A stretch of 59,526 nucleotides of DNA, the filler included, from Sluysia triapertura (taxonomy: Eukaryota): the NCBI GenBank assembly GCA_046118255.1. It is 4 parts of 4 records of this genome, joined end to end, with 100 filler letters (N's around TTAATTAATTAA, not from the genome) between each part and the next. Parts side by side here need not be neighbours in the genome. Positions count along the whole stretch, not along the records: positions 14,940 to 30,594 come from JBJNIA010222687.1; positions 30,695 to 42,532 come from JBJNIA010165147.1; 2 more parts are not named here. The stretch is one strand, 5' to 3'. Under the pieces are notes generated by a model. It was not told where the DNA came from and did no database searches. It saw only the letters and a program-made list of their open reading frames with translations. This document shows, piece by piece, positions 27,425 to 39,335 of this stretch. The stretch's first letter is position 1. Each line of letters opens with the position of its first letter. The translations under genes and the position numbers were made by a program.

Positions 27425-27834
27425 ATTCTCTATAATTAGCAACGACATGCATATTTACAGAGCACATATAACAATATGAAAAAATTCCTTAAGCATATTG
27501 GTGAATTTCTCATGAAACATTTTAAAGGCTTAAAAGTCTGACGTTAACATTTTAATAGGCCTTATACTTTGATACTTCAAAAATTGTTTCCCATTTTCAT
27601 TTATTATGGCCAGTTTTTTGTTTTATTTTGTATAATTTTCATTTTTATATTAACTTAATGTTCTTATTGACCTCGGTTTGTGCCTATTTCTACATTTTCT
27701 TTATTTCATGTTTTCATTATATATTGTTAAATATCTGATTTTGTGTTTTCTAATTTCTAATTTCTTTTCGTTTCCTATATTTTACTTCCCTTTTCAATTT
27801 TTGGACTTTTTTCCTTATGTTATATTTTAATTGA

Positions 27835-27884
<50 letters not shown>

Positions 27885-27959
27885 TATTATTTCATTGATT
27901 TATTTTATTTGTCTTAATTTTACTTTTAAATTTAATTATTAATTCTTCGTTAGCGATAT

Positions 27960-28017
<58 letters not shown>

Positions 28018-29283
28018 TTAACTACTTATTTTACTTGTGATTAATGGGTGAAAAACTTAGTTTCCGAATTAAAAATTACAACTGACTAAAATAATTGATT
28101 TAAATTCAGATCTGAGTGAAAACCCAATCAAAAAACGATTTAAATTTCCATATAAGTAAATATCATTTGAAAAATATTCATTTTGCAAGAAAATTCCAAA
28201 AAATAAGAACGAATGTAAAATTTTCATAGAGAAAAAATTCGAAAAGCTTCCTTTATTGTTTTAATTTTTATAATTATTTAACTTGAGATTTTGATAAATA
28301 CTGATTCAAAACCAAAGGTTTCGAAACTTATGATAAATTTATCAATAAAAAAGGCACGATTAATAAAGAAATTTCAATTTTAATACACAAATTGATCTTA
28401 AGCTAAAATTATTTGTTTCGCCAATAGCAGAATAACAAATTCAGTTACCTATGCTCCCACACCAATAATCATCACAATTATACAATCAGAGCAACGATAA
28501 AACGGAAAATGTTCAAAATTTCTTTAAGGTTTAATTCTAGAATTATTAAAGATTTCATACGAGAGAAATAGAAAAATGTGCTTACATTTATATATTATTA
28601 TACCTATTTTGCACTTTCATTTTTTATTCGAAAATGTAAAAATATAAATATAAATAAAAAGGTTATAAATAAGGTTTTAGAAACTTATTTTATTTATATA
28701 ATATACTTCTAGAAAAATTCATTCATTTAGAATAAAGAATGCTTGTTAACTAACACAAGATATGTTTATTATATTGTAATAATTCAACAAAATCCAGGAT
28801 ACCTATTTTCGTTTTTCTGAACATGGAAATGAATAAGAATAAAATGTAAGCAGGGATATATAAAAAAACCTAAATTTTTCTTATCAAAGCGTAGAACATG
28901 AATTTATAATGAAACCCATCAAATAAAAGTTCATTAAAAATAATCAAATTATTCCTATGAACCTAAATATAAGGAGTTGTCGATATATACGAAACAGTAA
29001 CAATTCTATAATCAAATCTACAAACCAGTGATTATCTCGTACAAAGCAAAAACGTAAAACAGCATACAAAATAAGTCTTCAAAAAGTTAGTTCTAATCAT
29101 ATAAAAAACCAAATCAAAAATTTTAATTCAAAAAATGTTGATTATTAATCAGAAATAAGAATCTAAATTAATTCTATTAAATAAAAAATCCGATTCTGAT
29201 ATAGGCAATAAATAATTATTTATTTATATTGTAAACGCATAATTAAAAATAAGATGTAAAATATTCTATATTAAATAAGTAAC

Positions 29284-29616
29284 CTCTTAGTGTTTTCATG
29301 TGAGTAACTGCCATTCTTAAAATAGTTAATTTATCTGGTTTTCTTGCTAAAGAACTACATGTCGGTACCATGTCGCATAATTCACTAATATAAGCCGTCA
29401 TTTTATTGCGTCTTCGGCGTTCAATTTCACAATGACTTTCTCGGGCATATCGTTCTTTATCTATTTGTTCTTGGTCTTTGTCATTCACATTTCCATCTGG
29501 ACTGATATCATCACTGTTGATTTAATTATTAAAATCATTAAAATAAATTGAAATTACTCCGGTTCACTCAATAGATCTGTTTCGCGCATGTAATCTGACC
29601 TTGAATGATGATCCAT
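29284..29616 (-). CDS. ARNT: ARNT/tango bHLH-PAS transcription factor, exons 1-2 (29616-29558 and 29513-29284), partial
   Basis: [60 protein letters not shown] is near-identical to the ARNT/tango bHLH. A 44-nt GT-AG intron (29514-29557) joins it in frame to [15 protein letters not shown] exons not found in this scaffold. Confidence 0.95.
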
Positions 29617-30329
29617 AATTCCATTAAATTAATTCCATTTATTTCAAAATTAATTCAAAATTGATAACTCTGTAAAATTATGTCCACTTTTCTTATACTA
29701 AAAATGGAATAACGTTTTAAGGGAAAATAATCCAATTAAATAATTAAAATTTAAAAACAAATTTAAAATTAGGGTTGAAAATAATTAAAAGATTAATTAA
29801 AACAATATGAATAAAATCCATAAAGGTAACTATATATTTAAATTTATAAATTGTACCTTATTATTTAAATAGTTTAATATCATAATTTATTAAAATTTTA
29901 CTATATTTTGTTGATGAATACTACTCAGAAGTTAATTAATGATGTTTACCTTTAAATATTTGTTTTAAAAATATTTATAATTTTATTTTATAAAAAATTA
30001 AAATAATAATATTAGTTCATATTATATAAAAAAATTAATAATTAAGTAAAGAATAAGTAAAAATAAATTATTTTTGGCTTAAATCTGCCCATGAGTACTC
30101 CCTTAATTTTCATAATAATTTAGCAATATCCGTTTTGAATGTACGATTTGAAAGCATAAATATGCATTGATTTTTATTTAAAACTTTATTTAATAGTTTA
30201 TTTAAATTTTAACAATAAGATTTGAACTAATAAGTACAAGCATAGTTGTTGGACTGCCCAACTATCAGATATGAAATGTAAATTAAGTATCAAGCTTAAA
30301 CAATTACAATAGAATCAATATCTTAATCA

Positions 30330-30594
30330 ATTTCTTAATTAAGTTAATTAAGATTTTTAATTAATCTATTTTTAGGCGTAATCTTATTTTATGTTTAAGG
30401 GTTTTATTAGGTTTTAAAGTTGCTTGGTAATTTATAAGGTATTCAGGAAGCTCTAGATGTTTTCACCGTCACCTCTCTGATTCCTTTTTCTACTTCTTCA
30501 TGTTAATTATTACTACGATGAACTTATCTTTATTATTTTGAACGAAGATTTTATTTCTCAACCATTTTAAAGATTTTATACACTTTACGATATT
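30330..30594 (-). repeat. Repeat family B copy 3, truncated by the scaffold end
   Basis: taatcttatttt...tttataagg...ctagat.tttcacc...atgttaat...aacttatcttt matches 48380-48620. Confidence 0.8.
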
Positions 30595-30694
30595 NNNNNN
30601 NNNNNNNNNNNNNNNNNNNNNNNNNNNNNNNNNNNNNNTTAATTAATTAANNNNNNNNNNNNNNNNNNNNNNNNNNNNNNNNNNNNNNNNNNNN
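30595..30694. other. Artificial scaffold-joining spacer
   Basis: 44 N + TTAATTAATTAA + 44 N. Confidence 0.97.
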
Positions 30695-30978
30695 TGTGAC
30701 TTGTTTGATGGAGTGTTTGATGAGTGAATGTTGTTTTATGAGTTGATTATGTAGTGTTTATGGTTAAAAAATGTGGTTGTTTAAATAAGGTTTATTTTAA
30801 TCTTACGTTATAGGGTTGACCACTACATAAGTAATAACGGTTTGTTACTTTGAAACAACTTTATGAGACAAAATGTGCTTTATCTAATACAATACCTTCT
30901 CGTAAGACTTAAACAGTTCCTGTTTGAAAAATAAATATAATTTTAAAATTCGAACACCAAACATTGTTTAAAACGAAC

Positions 30979-32375
30979 CTACATCCTTTAAAAGCTTTAA
31001 CATTATTATCTTTGTTTGTACTAAATTTAACATCGTCATCTCCATAGAAACCATTACCACCAATGCCACTTAATCCACCGTAATCACTATTATCATTATC
31101 ATTCTTATGGTCACCAACTTCATTACCGGCATCAACGATATGGTCATTTTTATCCGTATTATCTTTGCTTTTTGCAAATTTCATTTCTTGTAAATTTGAT
31201 ATATCTACACGACCTGTTTGAATAACTTCTCGTAACAAAGCAAGCCAATAATATAATTCTTGTTCACCTCGTGATTGAAGTATACATAGTAACTAAATAC
31301 ACAACACATTTATTATTAACAAAACATACTGTATCTTCAAGATCATTTCGTAATCTAGCATCTTGTTCTAGATCCAATAATTGAAATAGACAACCAATTA
31401 AACCATGACTGAGAAAAGCCGCTCGTAAAACCGCTGCATTGGTTTTATTGATAGACGAAGAATCAACAAATTTCGTGGTTGTCATTACTGTACTAGTACC
31501 AGCTGACGATGTAGGTTGTATGGCATTGTTTGATTCAGAAAAACCTTCTTCATTCAATGAAGTTGTTAAAATTTGAGTCATTTCTTCATAACTTTCTTTT
31601 TGAGCCAATTGACGAAGACAGGACACAACTGCTCGACGTTGTAAAAGGTGACAACTGCTAAGACCATAATAAAGTTGACAAACTAACGATGAAAGATTGA
31701 TTTGTCTGAAATTAATAAAAAAATAAAGTTAAACTAGCACAGCTGAACGGTTAGACGATGCATTTATAATGTATTTTAAAGATTAAAAAATAGTCTAAAA
31801 AATTCTCATTAAAACATATAGAAAATGTTAAAAATTTATGAAGATGAGTAGAGAATAGTAGACATTGCAGATAATATTAAAATAATTAAACAGATGACAA
31901 AGTAGAGAGACAGTAATATGCATTACTATGCACAAAAATCGATAGTTTACAATTCATTTATATTAAGAAACATTTGTAAAGAAAAACATGACGAAAAACT
32001 AAACATACTTCGCTGCAAACATATGCATTTGTTGTAAGCACGAAATAGCTTCGGCTTGTACTAAAGGATCCGGATTTTCTTGCAATAAAGCACAACTGAC
32101 CACACAAACAGCGCCCATTTCTTGTAACTGAGTATCGTTTGTAGTAGTTGCGATAGTAACAGCTAGTTCTGGTCCTAAGGTGGTTACTAATGCACCTAAA
32201 AGTCGACCAAGACATCGATGAATTGCAGCTCCACGTGCTGGAGATGTTTGTAGAAGAAGTTTTAATACAAGACCTAAAGTTAATTCCAAATAATCTCGTC
32301 GAAATGTCGGTCCTCCGGAATCAGCCACAAGAGCCAAAGCGTGTAAAGCCCACACCTGTACAGCATCAGATTCTT
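30979..32375 (-). CDS. HEATR5B: HEAT repeat-containing protein 5 (HEATR5A/B, Laa1-like), three internal exons (32375-32009, 31705-31330, 31292-30979)
   Basis: VQVWALHALALVADSGGP, CLGRLLGALVTTLGPEL, LVQAEAISCLQQMHMFA, INLSSLV and HLLQRRAVVSCLRQLAQKE match HEATR5. GT-AG introns of 303 and 37 nt preserve frame. Confidence 0.92.
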
Positions 32376-32973
32376 CTGTGTTTTATGAAAAATAAATTAA
32401 TAAAACAATTTTTTATTTGAAAATTTCAATTTTTGAATCACATTTTTTATAAAATAAATATTTTCTAAATTCATTTGTAGATCTACAAAAACATTACGAT
32501 TGTAAATAAATGTTTACATTTTATTTTTCTCGGATCCCTCTTTTCAAAGGACACTGAAAACATATCATAGACTAATTCAACATTGATGTTTGGTGCCAAC
32601 AACAACAACAACAACATTTAATAATCTGAAAAATCAAAAGCAAAATCAAATCTAGATGACAAATAAACTTAATCTACATTTGAAATTTCCGTTTTCCTTT
32701 TTAAAGTCTGTGCGGTTTAGCAATAAAATATTTCAAAGGCAAAATTTCCTTCTGAAGAATATTTGTAGTTATTTTTCGTATTTTTACGTTTACTGATAAA
32801 TAGTGATGCATAAACATCAAGCATTTTCTGACACACAAAAATTAACTATTAACACATTTACGGACACACTAATTGTTTGATTGATTAATATCGGTTTTAC
32901 TTTAGTAATGCTAAATATAATATTTTTAGTATTTGAATGTAATTATCTGTACTAATTATATATATATGTGAAC

Positions 32974-33058
<85 letters not shown>

Positions 33059-33067
33059 CTAAATTAT

Positions 33068-33720
33068 GTGGATGACAACACTGATATTAGAGGAGCAAGA
33101 GGTAATAGAAATTCCTCAGAGGGTAATAATTCTAATAATAACAATGGTAATAACTTTCGAGGAAACAATAGAAGGAATACAAATAATTTTTCAGTAAGAA
33201 ATAATACAGGTAGAAGCATGAGAGGATTTGTAAGAGAACAAATGAATAATCAAATGTTTTTTGCCAAATCCATTAAAATGTCACTTAAAGTCCAATACTG
33301 TGCCAAATCCAACACAAACATTAAATTTTTTGCTTAATATATTAATACCTGATTCTGTTCGATTGGTTATCTTATTACTTCCTTTATTGTAAAAACAAAA
33401 TTTTTGAAAACAAAATGTTTGAAAAATGGTTCATTTGAGAATAAGAACCTTAAAACATTTTTCATTAGAAAATTGGGCGTGAAAAATAGAAAATTAATTA
33501 AATAATGGAAAGCGAAATTAAATTCATTATTTTTATGTATGTTAACAGTATTGCTGATTGTTATTTTAATGTGAGAAATAATGTAAGTAAAAATAGACTG
33601 AGTAGAGTAAAAGGAAATGATAGTTTTGTACCTAATAAAGTTTGACAGACCGTACCATGTAATTGTCAAAGTTGTTATTGTCGGTTTGATTCTCAAAAAG
33701 GTTAGGATGATTTGTGTGAG
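33068..33720 (+). mobile_element. Possible gag-like relic (R/G/N-rich ORF followed by Cys-containing fragments)
   Basis: RG/N-rich low-complexity frame and a downstream SIADCYFN resembling the end of a zinc knuckle. Weak. Confidence 0.25.
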
Positions 33721-34458
33721 CGTTTGGCTGCGAGATTGCAAATTGATTGGATAATGAGAGTATAAAATAATGATTTCTAAATTTTTAACACAAATGAATA
33801 ACATTAATACAGTCATACGTTATTTTTATTATTTATATATATTATATATTATTTTTAAAAACGATTAGCTCTCATTCTGTCATTCATCATTGCCTTACTT
33901 TCATCCGTATACTCTCATACTTCATACATTTTCACTCTCTTATACTTATACCCCACTATTAACCAGACTATATTATATGTAAAGAAAACTGTACGCACAA
34001 AATCCTCGTATTCAAGGAATTTTCTCATCCCGTTACATTTTGTTAAATCTCTTTCATTAGAAACTGAAATTTATTTTAAAAGTATCTAAATAAAGTCAAA
34101 ACATTTAAAAAATAAATAAATGATTTAATAAATAATAGATTCTCAAGTAAGCATCTGTTACTATGTACAATATACAATAACTCTTATTTTATTAACGTTT
34201 TTTTCTATTGTTATAAAGTCAGAAATATTTAAAAACACCAGGATACAAATCTGTCATATTTATCACATCAGACAATCCCCAGTATCAATCTGGAAATATT
34301 TACTTTTTAATTAATTGATTGATAATAACTTTTATGATACTAAAATAACTTCCGTATTTAACATGCATTACTTTTCTAACTTGCTTGTGAAACCAAATGA
34401 TTTTGACGTATTCTAAATGTAGTAGTGAAAAAAACAGCGCGAGAGATAAATACATAAA

Positions 34459-35469
34459 TTAAATTGCCGTGATGGTGTAACTGTGTTTATTATTATACAA
34501 AGTAAAACATGAGAACAAATAATATAAAATTCGTTGAATCCGTTTTCTCCAATGTCGTTCAAGAATATTTCTTTCAACATATGAGTCAAATGTGAATGAT
34601 TCCAATGAAGATCTGATTTTAGCGTTTGGATATAATTTTAATAATAATTGATCTAGTTTTAAGTGACATTTAGAACTACAGAGATAACCTCGTAAATGAA
34701 CGCATTTACAGTTTTTTAATCTTGTGAATCGAATTTCCAAGTTTTGATGTGGTTGGCATGAAGTTAAACATACCGTACATTTATTTTGATCACTATTCAC
34801 AATAAATTCAAAATATTTTATCAAAGATTTAACGGGAAATTCGGTATAAAACGACGTCTCTAGAAGATAATTTATCAAGTAACATCTGGCTGCTAACAGC
34901 GTCAATAATTCTGGATTATTTAAATTGTTTGTAGGACTAGAATTTTGTGAATGCAAACTATATGCTGGATGCAGTATCCCATGAGAATTCTTCGGATATT
35001 GTTTACATTGATTACAAATTGGTCTTACACGGCGAAGAAACATCAATTGTATCGTTGGCATAAGAGCAAGAAATATAGGAAAATTGATAATACTATTACA
35101 ATCGAAATGAAATGTTTCCAAATTATGTAAAAATCTGATTGATAATGGTACATGAGTCAAAGAATTACACTGAATAATACTAAGAACACATAATTTATCA
35201 ATTTTCATAATATTTGGTGGAAGATGAGCTAAATTAGGTAAATTATGGAGAAATAATTGTTTTAATTTCATTGAATCACAAATTAAAAATAAATCTTCTT
35301 CTGTGAAAGTAAAGATATCCGCTATCCGTAATAATTGAATTGTTTGGAAGCAACAACGGTCATTTCTAATATTAGAATGCCATTCACAAAGTTGAGTGCC
35401 AAAAAAGTTATTCAACTCCCAAAAATTGTTTTCATCGTTTTCATTGTTTGACATTTTTTTATTAAGCAT
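34459..35469 (-). CDS. Intronless LRR protein with BC-box-like motif and Cys-rich C-terminus (LRRC58/LRRC28-like putative Cullin-RING substrate receptor)
   Basis: 336-aa intact ORF with LRRs (LKQLFLHNLPNLAHLPPNI, LTHVPLSIRFLHNLETF), PELLTLLAARC (cf. PSLLELAAR) and CTVC...VHLRGYLCSSKC (cf. LRRC58 LPLMHYLCSPEC). Confidence 0.8.
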   Translation of the reverse strand: MLNKKMSNNENDENNFWELNNFFGTQLCEWHSNIRNDRCCFQTIQLLRIADIFTFTEEDLFLICDSMKLKQLFLHNLPNLAHLPPNIMKIDKLCVLSIIQCNSLTHVPLSIRFLHNLETFHFDCNSIINFPIFLALMPTIQLMFLRRVRPICNQCKQYPKNSHGILHPAYSLHSQNSSPTNNLNNPELLTLLAARCYLINYLLETSFYTEFPVKSLIKYFEFIVNSDQNKCTVCLTSCQPHQNLEIRFTRLKNCKCVHLRGYLCSSKCHLKLDQLLLKLYPNAKIRSSLESFTFDSYVERNILERHWRKRIQRILYYLFSCFTLYNNKHSYTITAI

Positions 35470-36283
35470 TTAATTGTATTTTCAAATACAGAATCATTGA
35501 TTTATAAAACTCTCTGTAGTTACTGTGTGTATTTTCTATTATAGACACACATGGTTTTACAGTCATTCGCTTAATAGAAAATTATTTTTATCGATTTAGT
35601 ACTGTTATGCTAGTTTTTAAATTTAAATTAATTTTTTATATCTATTATATAGATTAATCTCTTTATCAGTAATAAATCAATGTGAAAATAAAAATTATTT
35701 ATACTTGTTTTAATAAGCACGTAAAATTAGTAATTATAAATTTTATACTGGGATACAATCATTTTAAATAAAATTAATAAAATTAGTATGTAGATAATTT
35801 GAATTTTCGCTTATTTAAATATATTTGTCAGTATTAAGTATTATATTATCTTAAAATTACATTTCATTGAATTATTTGAATAAATGAGTTATTGGAACTC
35901 TTTTACATTAAAAATAATTCAACGACTATTTTATCTTACTATGCCTCTTAGAATTAATTTTTATAATTAACTTTTGTTTTAATCATCCAAATTGTAATAA
36001 AACTTAACAATTTCCATGCACCAGAAAAAATTTACCAATATAAAAATATTTTAATTAAAAGTTTAATTAATAATATAATTTACAAACAAGATTATTTTTT
36101 ATTTTAAATAATTTTACGAAGTTTTTTTTATGATTGAAAGATATTTAATGTTATATATTATTCAATTTATATATTTTACTTTTAGCAGCATTAACATTAT
36201 TTTTAAATTTTGAGTTTCTGACATTTATGAGAGTAATTCTTTGTGTTTATCATTAACGAGTAGCAATTTTAGATCATATATGA
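35470..36283. promoter_or_regulatory. Candidate bidirectional promoter between the divergent LRR gene and SNAPIN
   Basis: 814-bp AT-rich interval between head-to-head start codons, no recognisable TE. Position-based inference only. Confidence 0.4.
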
Positions 36284-36881
36284 ATGTCTGAAACCATTTT
36301 AGAAATTAATACAAACGAACTTGACATCAAACAGCACATTTCATCAAGCATATTACAATTATTAAAACCAAGTATAATCAAAACTGATCAAAAAGTAGAA
36401 GAAGTAAGAAATAGTCAAATTGAATTGCGAAAAGAAGTTGAATTATTAGCAAAAAGTTTAATTTTATTTAAATGAGATTATGCATTATAGATTTAGTAGA
36501 CATTAACGAAAATCTTGCAGTTCCTATTAATATTGACCCATATTTAAAGAAATTAAATAATTGTAAACGGAGACTAACTTTAATTAATAATATTTTACAT
36601 AATTCACAGGTTTGTTAATAAACATTACTTGAGAGAAATTTATTGAAAATTTTACAATTTAGTAGCATTATGCACATTATAATAGTTTTTGTTTATTTGT
36701 GCTTTTATATATCGTGCAAATTATTTAATTGAATAATAAATAATAGATTTATAAAATATGTGCTGTCAAATATATTTTTGAGTACGTATTTATTATTAAG
36801 GAACGTTTAACGAAACTTCGTGCCAATATTTCAAAAGAATCTAAAAGACGCATTTTAAGTGAAGAAAATCAAACAATATAA
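36284..36881 (+). CDS. SNAPIN: SNAPIN (BLOC-1/BORC subunit), complete, three exons (36284-36455, 36491-36609, 36801-36881), 123 aa
   Basis: Spliced product ...VRNSQIELRKEVELLAKNLVDINENLAVPINIDPYLKKLNNCKRRLTLINNILHNSQERLTKLRANISKESKRR... aligns with human SNAPIN (VRESQVELREQI...LDPYVKKLLNARRRVVLVNNILQNAQERLRRL). GT-AG introns of 35 and 191 nt. Confidence 0.93.
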
Positions 36882-37225
36882 TGAGCAGTGTAATTCAATT
36901 TTTAATCGGGATAGATTTGTCTCATTTATCATTATCTGATGCTGAAATTCCTTTCGAATTAATGAAACGCTTAGATTGGTTAAAGTTAACTAATGCAGGT
37001 TTAACTGAAATACCGAAGAATTTGTGCCAGTTGAATAAATTACAGAAATTAATAATGACTAAAAATTCGATTAATTCATTGACAGGAAATTGGTTTGACG
37101 CTTTGACAGAGTTGCGTTATTTGAATTTGCGAGATAATTGTCTTGTTAGTTCAATGATTCCCAATCAATTATTCATGAACGATACTTTACAAATTTTGGA
37201 TTTGAGTTGCAATCAATTAACAGAG
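36881..37225 (+). CDS. FLII: Flightless-I (LRR-gelsolin protein) first coding exon, 115 codons
   Basis: MSSVIQFLIGIDLS...LDWLKLTNAGLTEIP...LQILDLSCNQLTE aligns from the first residues with the FLII N-terminus (GVLPFVRGVDLS...LRWLKLNRTGL...LSVLDLSHNQLTE). Donor GT at 37226. Later exons not seen. Confidence 0.82.
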
Positions 37226-37496
37226 GTTTGTTTCTATTTTATCTAAATTAATTATGTTTTTATATCGTGTTTTTGCTGTTTTTATATGCTTAAATTTATA
37301 GTAGTTCTATTTTTTCGATGAAATTAATACTTCAGTATAATGAAAAATAAAGTTTCTAAATGAAGAATTTATTTTGAGTATGAATAGTAAAAGTAAAATC
37401 TACACTTATTGTTCAAACTGATTGATTATTGGTAATCCTTCGTTTTACGCTAAAAATAAACTAAACCCGGAAAAATTTTTACCAAAATTAAATACT

Positions 37497-38900
37497 TTAT
37501 GATAATTCATTGAAAAAGTAAATGCCTAATCCAGCGCAGTAAGTTAAAAATGCGCTTAAAAAGTGATAAAACAAATTATCCGAAAATTCAATGCTTTGAC
37601 TTAATGTTAGTCCAACAAAAGGATCATTAGAATCAAGAAAACTAATTAAATTGACTGGAGTTTCAATAATTACTTTTATTTCTTGTTCACAATAATTGAG
37701 ATGCGAATGTCGACACTTTTTGACTATACCGATTAGTGCCACGTTTCACCACTCCAAGTATTATGTGGCTATCACGGTATTGACTCGGTTATATTTTCGA
37801 TATGAGAAAATAATGTTAAACCATTTAAAAATAATTTCCAATAAAATTAAATCAAACTGAAGGTCTGCCATTTTCGTTTGCTTCAAAAATAAATCGTAAG
37901 AAGTCTGAAATCAATAGATAAATATTTGCTAAAATTTATTTAAGAATAAAACAAAAATAAATGGTTGAAAATAGGGAATGGGACTTACACTTGATTAGCA
38001 AATATAGTAGACTGCATATTAAATGGAATGAAAAACATGTTCTTAGCAAGCATAAACAAATCCAAACTAACACACAGCCACTAAATGAAAGTATATGAAT
38101 ATACAAAAACGACCAAACCAATATTTTAGAAGTTGGCCCTATGAAAAATCATTAGCTACATAATTAAAATTAACTGTAGAAAAGTTATAACATGGAATTC
38201 AATAATTTATTGGTCAAAATATAATGTCAGTGGAAAATATTGTTAAAAGTGGGTTTTCTACTGGTATTTACACAAAAATTATACTTAAAAAAATATTTTT
38301 AAACGAAGAAACAGTGTTATTTTATGAAGAAATCAAATTTGTTAAAGATATCTGCGAAATAATTGAAAGATAATATCAACTTAATTTTTTGACTTTGTGG
38401 AAATTTGGGAATATCACTTTTACTCGATCGGGGAAATTATTTTACTAGGATGGTACTTTAAATAAATACAAATTAATTAATAAAATAAAAGCAATAAAGT
38501 TATTGCAATCTAAACCATTATAAATTTAAAGTAATAAATGAAATAATAAATTATTATACATATATAAACCTTGATTCGTCATTTTCGACAACTACTGACC
38601 CACTTATCTGAATAGGGTAATTAATTTACAAGAAAGATCACACAAATAATTATACCAGTTTGCTAGGCGACTCAGGAAATTTCACGTTTTTCATTATCAC
38701 GCTTATTTGACAGATGCACTACCAATATATCTATTATGAGCAACAACCCCAAGTCTTGTCTCGCAGCAGTCTTGACTATTTTGAAGCAGTCCGAAATGAA
38801 GTCGAGAAGTATAATTTTGCAGATGAATGTTTGATGAAATAAATAGTTTAATTTAGAGATGTTCCAGGTGTGACCATTTCTTATAAATTTTATTTTTTAC
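37497..38900 (-). mobile_element. Degraded Merlin (IS1016/ISXO2-like) transposase split by a ~760-bp insertion
   Basis: NWYNYLCD and QISGSVVVENDESRF (~38565-38665), then RKYNR, ILGVVKRGT and VN..SFLDSNDP...SQSIE (~37590-37800). These follow the Merlin order VEIDESKF-KRKYNRG-WVFGGIERGT-TQSIE. Confidence 0.7.
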
Positions 38901-39129
38901 GACCGCAAGACGAATAATCGCCTCATCATTGATAAGTTTTTGTTGGTAAATTGATTATTTGGCAATTTTATTCTTTATGAAACTATTGCACATGGTCATA
39001 AAAATTCTTTAGCAAAATTTGTAAAATTTGAAATAATTTTAAAATTAGAAATTTTTAATACTAAATACTTGAATCAATTTCTGTCTACTACTACCAATAA
39101 TAAGTAAACAGTAATTTATTTAAAATATA

Positions 39130-39335
39130 ACATTTTCCCATATTCCAATTGATTATTCTGAAGCGAACCAATTACAAAACAAATATTTAATAGTATCGAA
39201 AAAGTTGAAATCTTCTGAAAGGCTATATAAATGGTAACATGTTGGAGCAATATCTGGTGAATACGGCAATTGATTTAACCGGAAACCGTTTGGCTGTTTC
39301 TGAGAAAAACATTGCTACATCTTTAGGGCGGGCTT
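39130..39335 (-). mobile_element. Mariner transposase fragment
   Basis: PYSPDIAPTCYHL (cf. YSPDLAPSDYHLF) at ~39228-39266. Confidence 0.8.

Noticed and set aside
29243-32375. ARNT-HEATR5 synteny
   Set aside because: The genes are separated by an artificial spacer at 30595-30694.
31958-32420. Overlapping ORFs 31958-32215 and 32190-32420
   Set aside because: Alternative-frame or antisense shadows of the HEATR5 exon.
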